Assembly (NCBI RefSeq): GCF_006345805.1
Contig: NW_021836608.1
Coordinates: 1-23,488, forward strand
From: Octopus sinensis
Lineage: Eukaryota
Direction of reading: 5' to 3'
Length of the DNA stretch: 23,488 bases
Positions 22,232 to 23,488 of the stretch are shown here, piece after piece (position 1 is the first letter of the stretch; each line of letters begins with the position of its first letter). The translations under genes were made by a program, and so were the position numbers. The notes beneath the pieces were generated by a model. The model did no database searches and was not told the origin of the DNA. It was given only the letters and a program-made list of their open reading frames with translations.

Positions 22232-22626
22232 TCTTTATATATAAAAGTGAGGTTGTGTGCTGTCTGTCTCCTACGATTTAGATTCCCAACTACTCCCACA
22301 TTTTGCGGTGCAGTTTAACCCAAACCGGGTATCTTATAGTCGTGATTCATATCGAGCCCTTCTGGGTATTAGTGCGCGTCTACGATGAGTCTACGATTAA
22401 AAAAAAAATTTACCATCAATTTTTCCCATTTTTAATGCATTTTTGGCATGTATAAGGGAAGTAACTCTCTAAAAATTTATTATTAAATCTCAGAACGTAA
22501 AAAGCTACGGTAACACCCCCCTTTGTGGTTAGCCATATTGAGATGGCTATTATACTTTACATCTCTAAAAATGCTTATATAGTTATTTCCCTTACAAACC
22601 CGAGCAACGCCGGGCGATACTGCTAG
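22232..22626 (+). mobile_element. Complete non-autonomous Helitron (395 bp)
   Basis: Begins with TC after an A (22231|22232), has a subterminal hairpin cccg-agcaacgc-cggg (22599-22614), and ends in CTAG (22623-22626) before a T. These are the canonical Helitron termini with an A|T insertion site. Confidence 0.85.
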
Positions 22627-22749
22627 TATATATAAACGAAGGAAAGCAGAAGAAAGAAAAAAATGAGAGAGTTAAATAAAATTACACGAAATATAAATCA
22701 CAAAAGTTTATGGAATGGATAGGTATAACATATTCCTTCATTTATACCT

Positions 22750-23324
22750 AATATAGATAATAACGATGATGATGAAAAGATGATGATATCGAATAGGACG
22801 AGAAGGTAGACGATGATTTCAAGCGCAAAGATGCCGACGCTGGTGATGATAATGTCGATGTTAGCTACGACGGTATCAAGTATTGCAATTCGCAGAATGA
22901 AGTATGATGAGAAAAATAATTATCATTGTCGTTATTATTATGATGAAGGTGACGATAGTAGCGGTTGAGATTGTTGATTATTAAGAAAGTGATGGTGCTA
23001 ATAGGAATATGGAACAGTCAGAGGCTGGAAAATCGTCACGATGAAGATGAAGATGGAAATGTAACTGATGATAATTATGAAAATGAAAAGTAATGATATA
23101 GATGATATCGTCGTCGGGATCATCATCATCATTAGGATCATTATCATTAGTATCAGCATCGTGACATTCGGGGTTGCCATCGTCGAGGTGATAATGTTGA
23201 TGATGATAATGAAAATGATGATGACGACAATGATGTATATAATGACGACGACGACGTCGATGAAGATGATGATGACGATTATGCAATGGATGTTGGTGTT
23301 GTTGTTGTTGATGAGGATGATGAC

Positions 23325-23356
<32 letters not shown>

Positions 23357-23450
23357 CGATGACGACGACGACGATGATGATGATGTTGATGATGGTGATG
23401 ATGATGATGATGATGATGATGACGACGACGTCGACGATGATGATGATAAT
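22750..23450. repeat. Degenerate to perfect (GAT/GAC)n trinucleotide region
   Basis: Directly visible. Source of the His/Ile/Asp-rich ORFs. Confidence 0.9.
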
Positions 23451-23488
23451 ATGTGAGCTCAGATGTTGGAATCCTAAGAAGGTATTCA

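Noticed and set aside
22981-23286. His/Asp-rich ORF resembling a metal-binding protein
   Set aside because: It lies wholly within degenerate (GAT)n, with no complex sequence or splice support.

Overview
An AT-rich, microsatellite-saturated stretch of eukaryotic intergenic or intronic DNA with no intact protein-coding gene. The SINE, Tc1 and Helitron sequences resemble what I recall from octopus (coleoid cephalopod) genomes; that assignment is inference and is unverified. Contents I can support from the sequence: (1) an intronless, GC/CpG-rich, 5'-truncated acid-sphingomyelinase-like (SMPDL3-type) pseudogene on the minus strand at about 1.8-2.8 kb; (2) a head-to-tail train of four different R4/Dong-clade non-LTR retrotransposon 3' fragments, each ending in an (AAT)n-type tail, at 6.6-9.5 kb; (3) six inverted-repeat elements. 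Two of these carry near-complete type I hammerhead ribozyme folds, one of them a minimal U3-A8 core variant with a palindromic stem III, and two more carry degenerate or partial hammerhead skeletons, which points to Penelope-like-element-derived palindromes; (4) tRNA-derived SINEs, one with a 13-bp TSD inside a Tc1/mariner relic; (5) a complete non-autonomous Helitron; (6) a CpG-rich island with a G-quadruplex motif. Nearly all ORFs in the supplied track are artefacts of simple repeats. All alignments and folds were done by eye.
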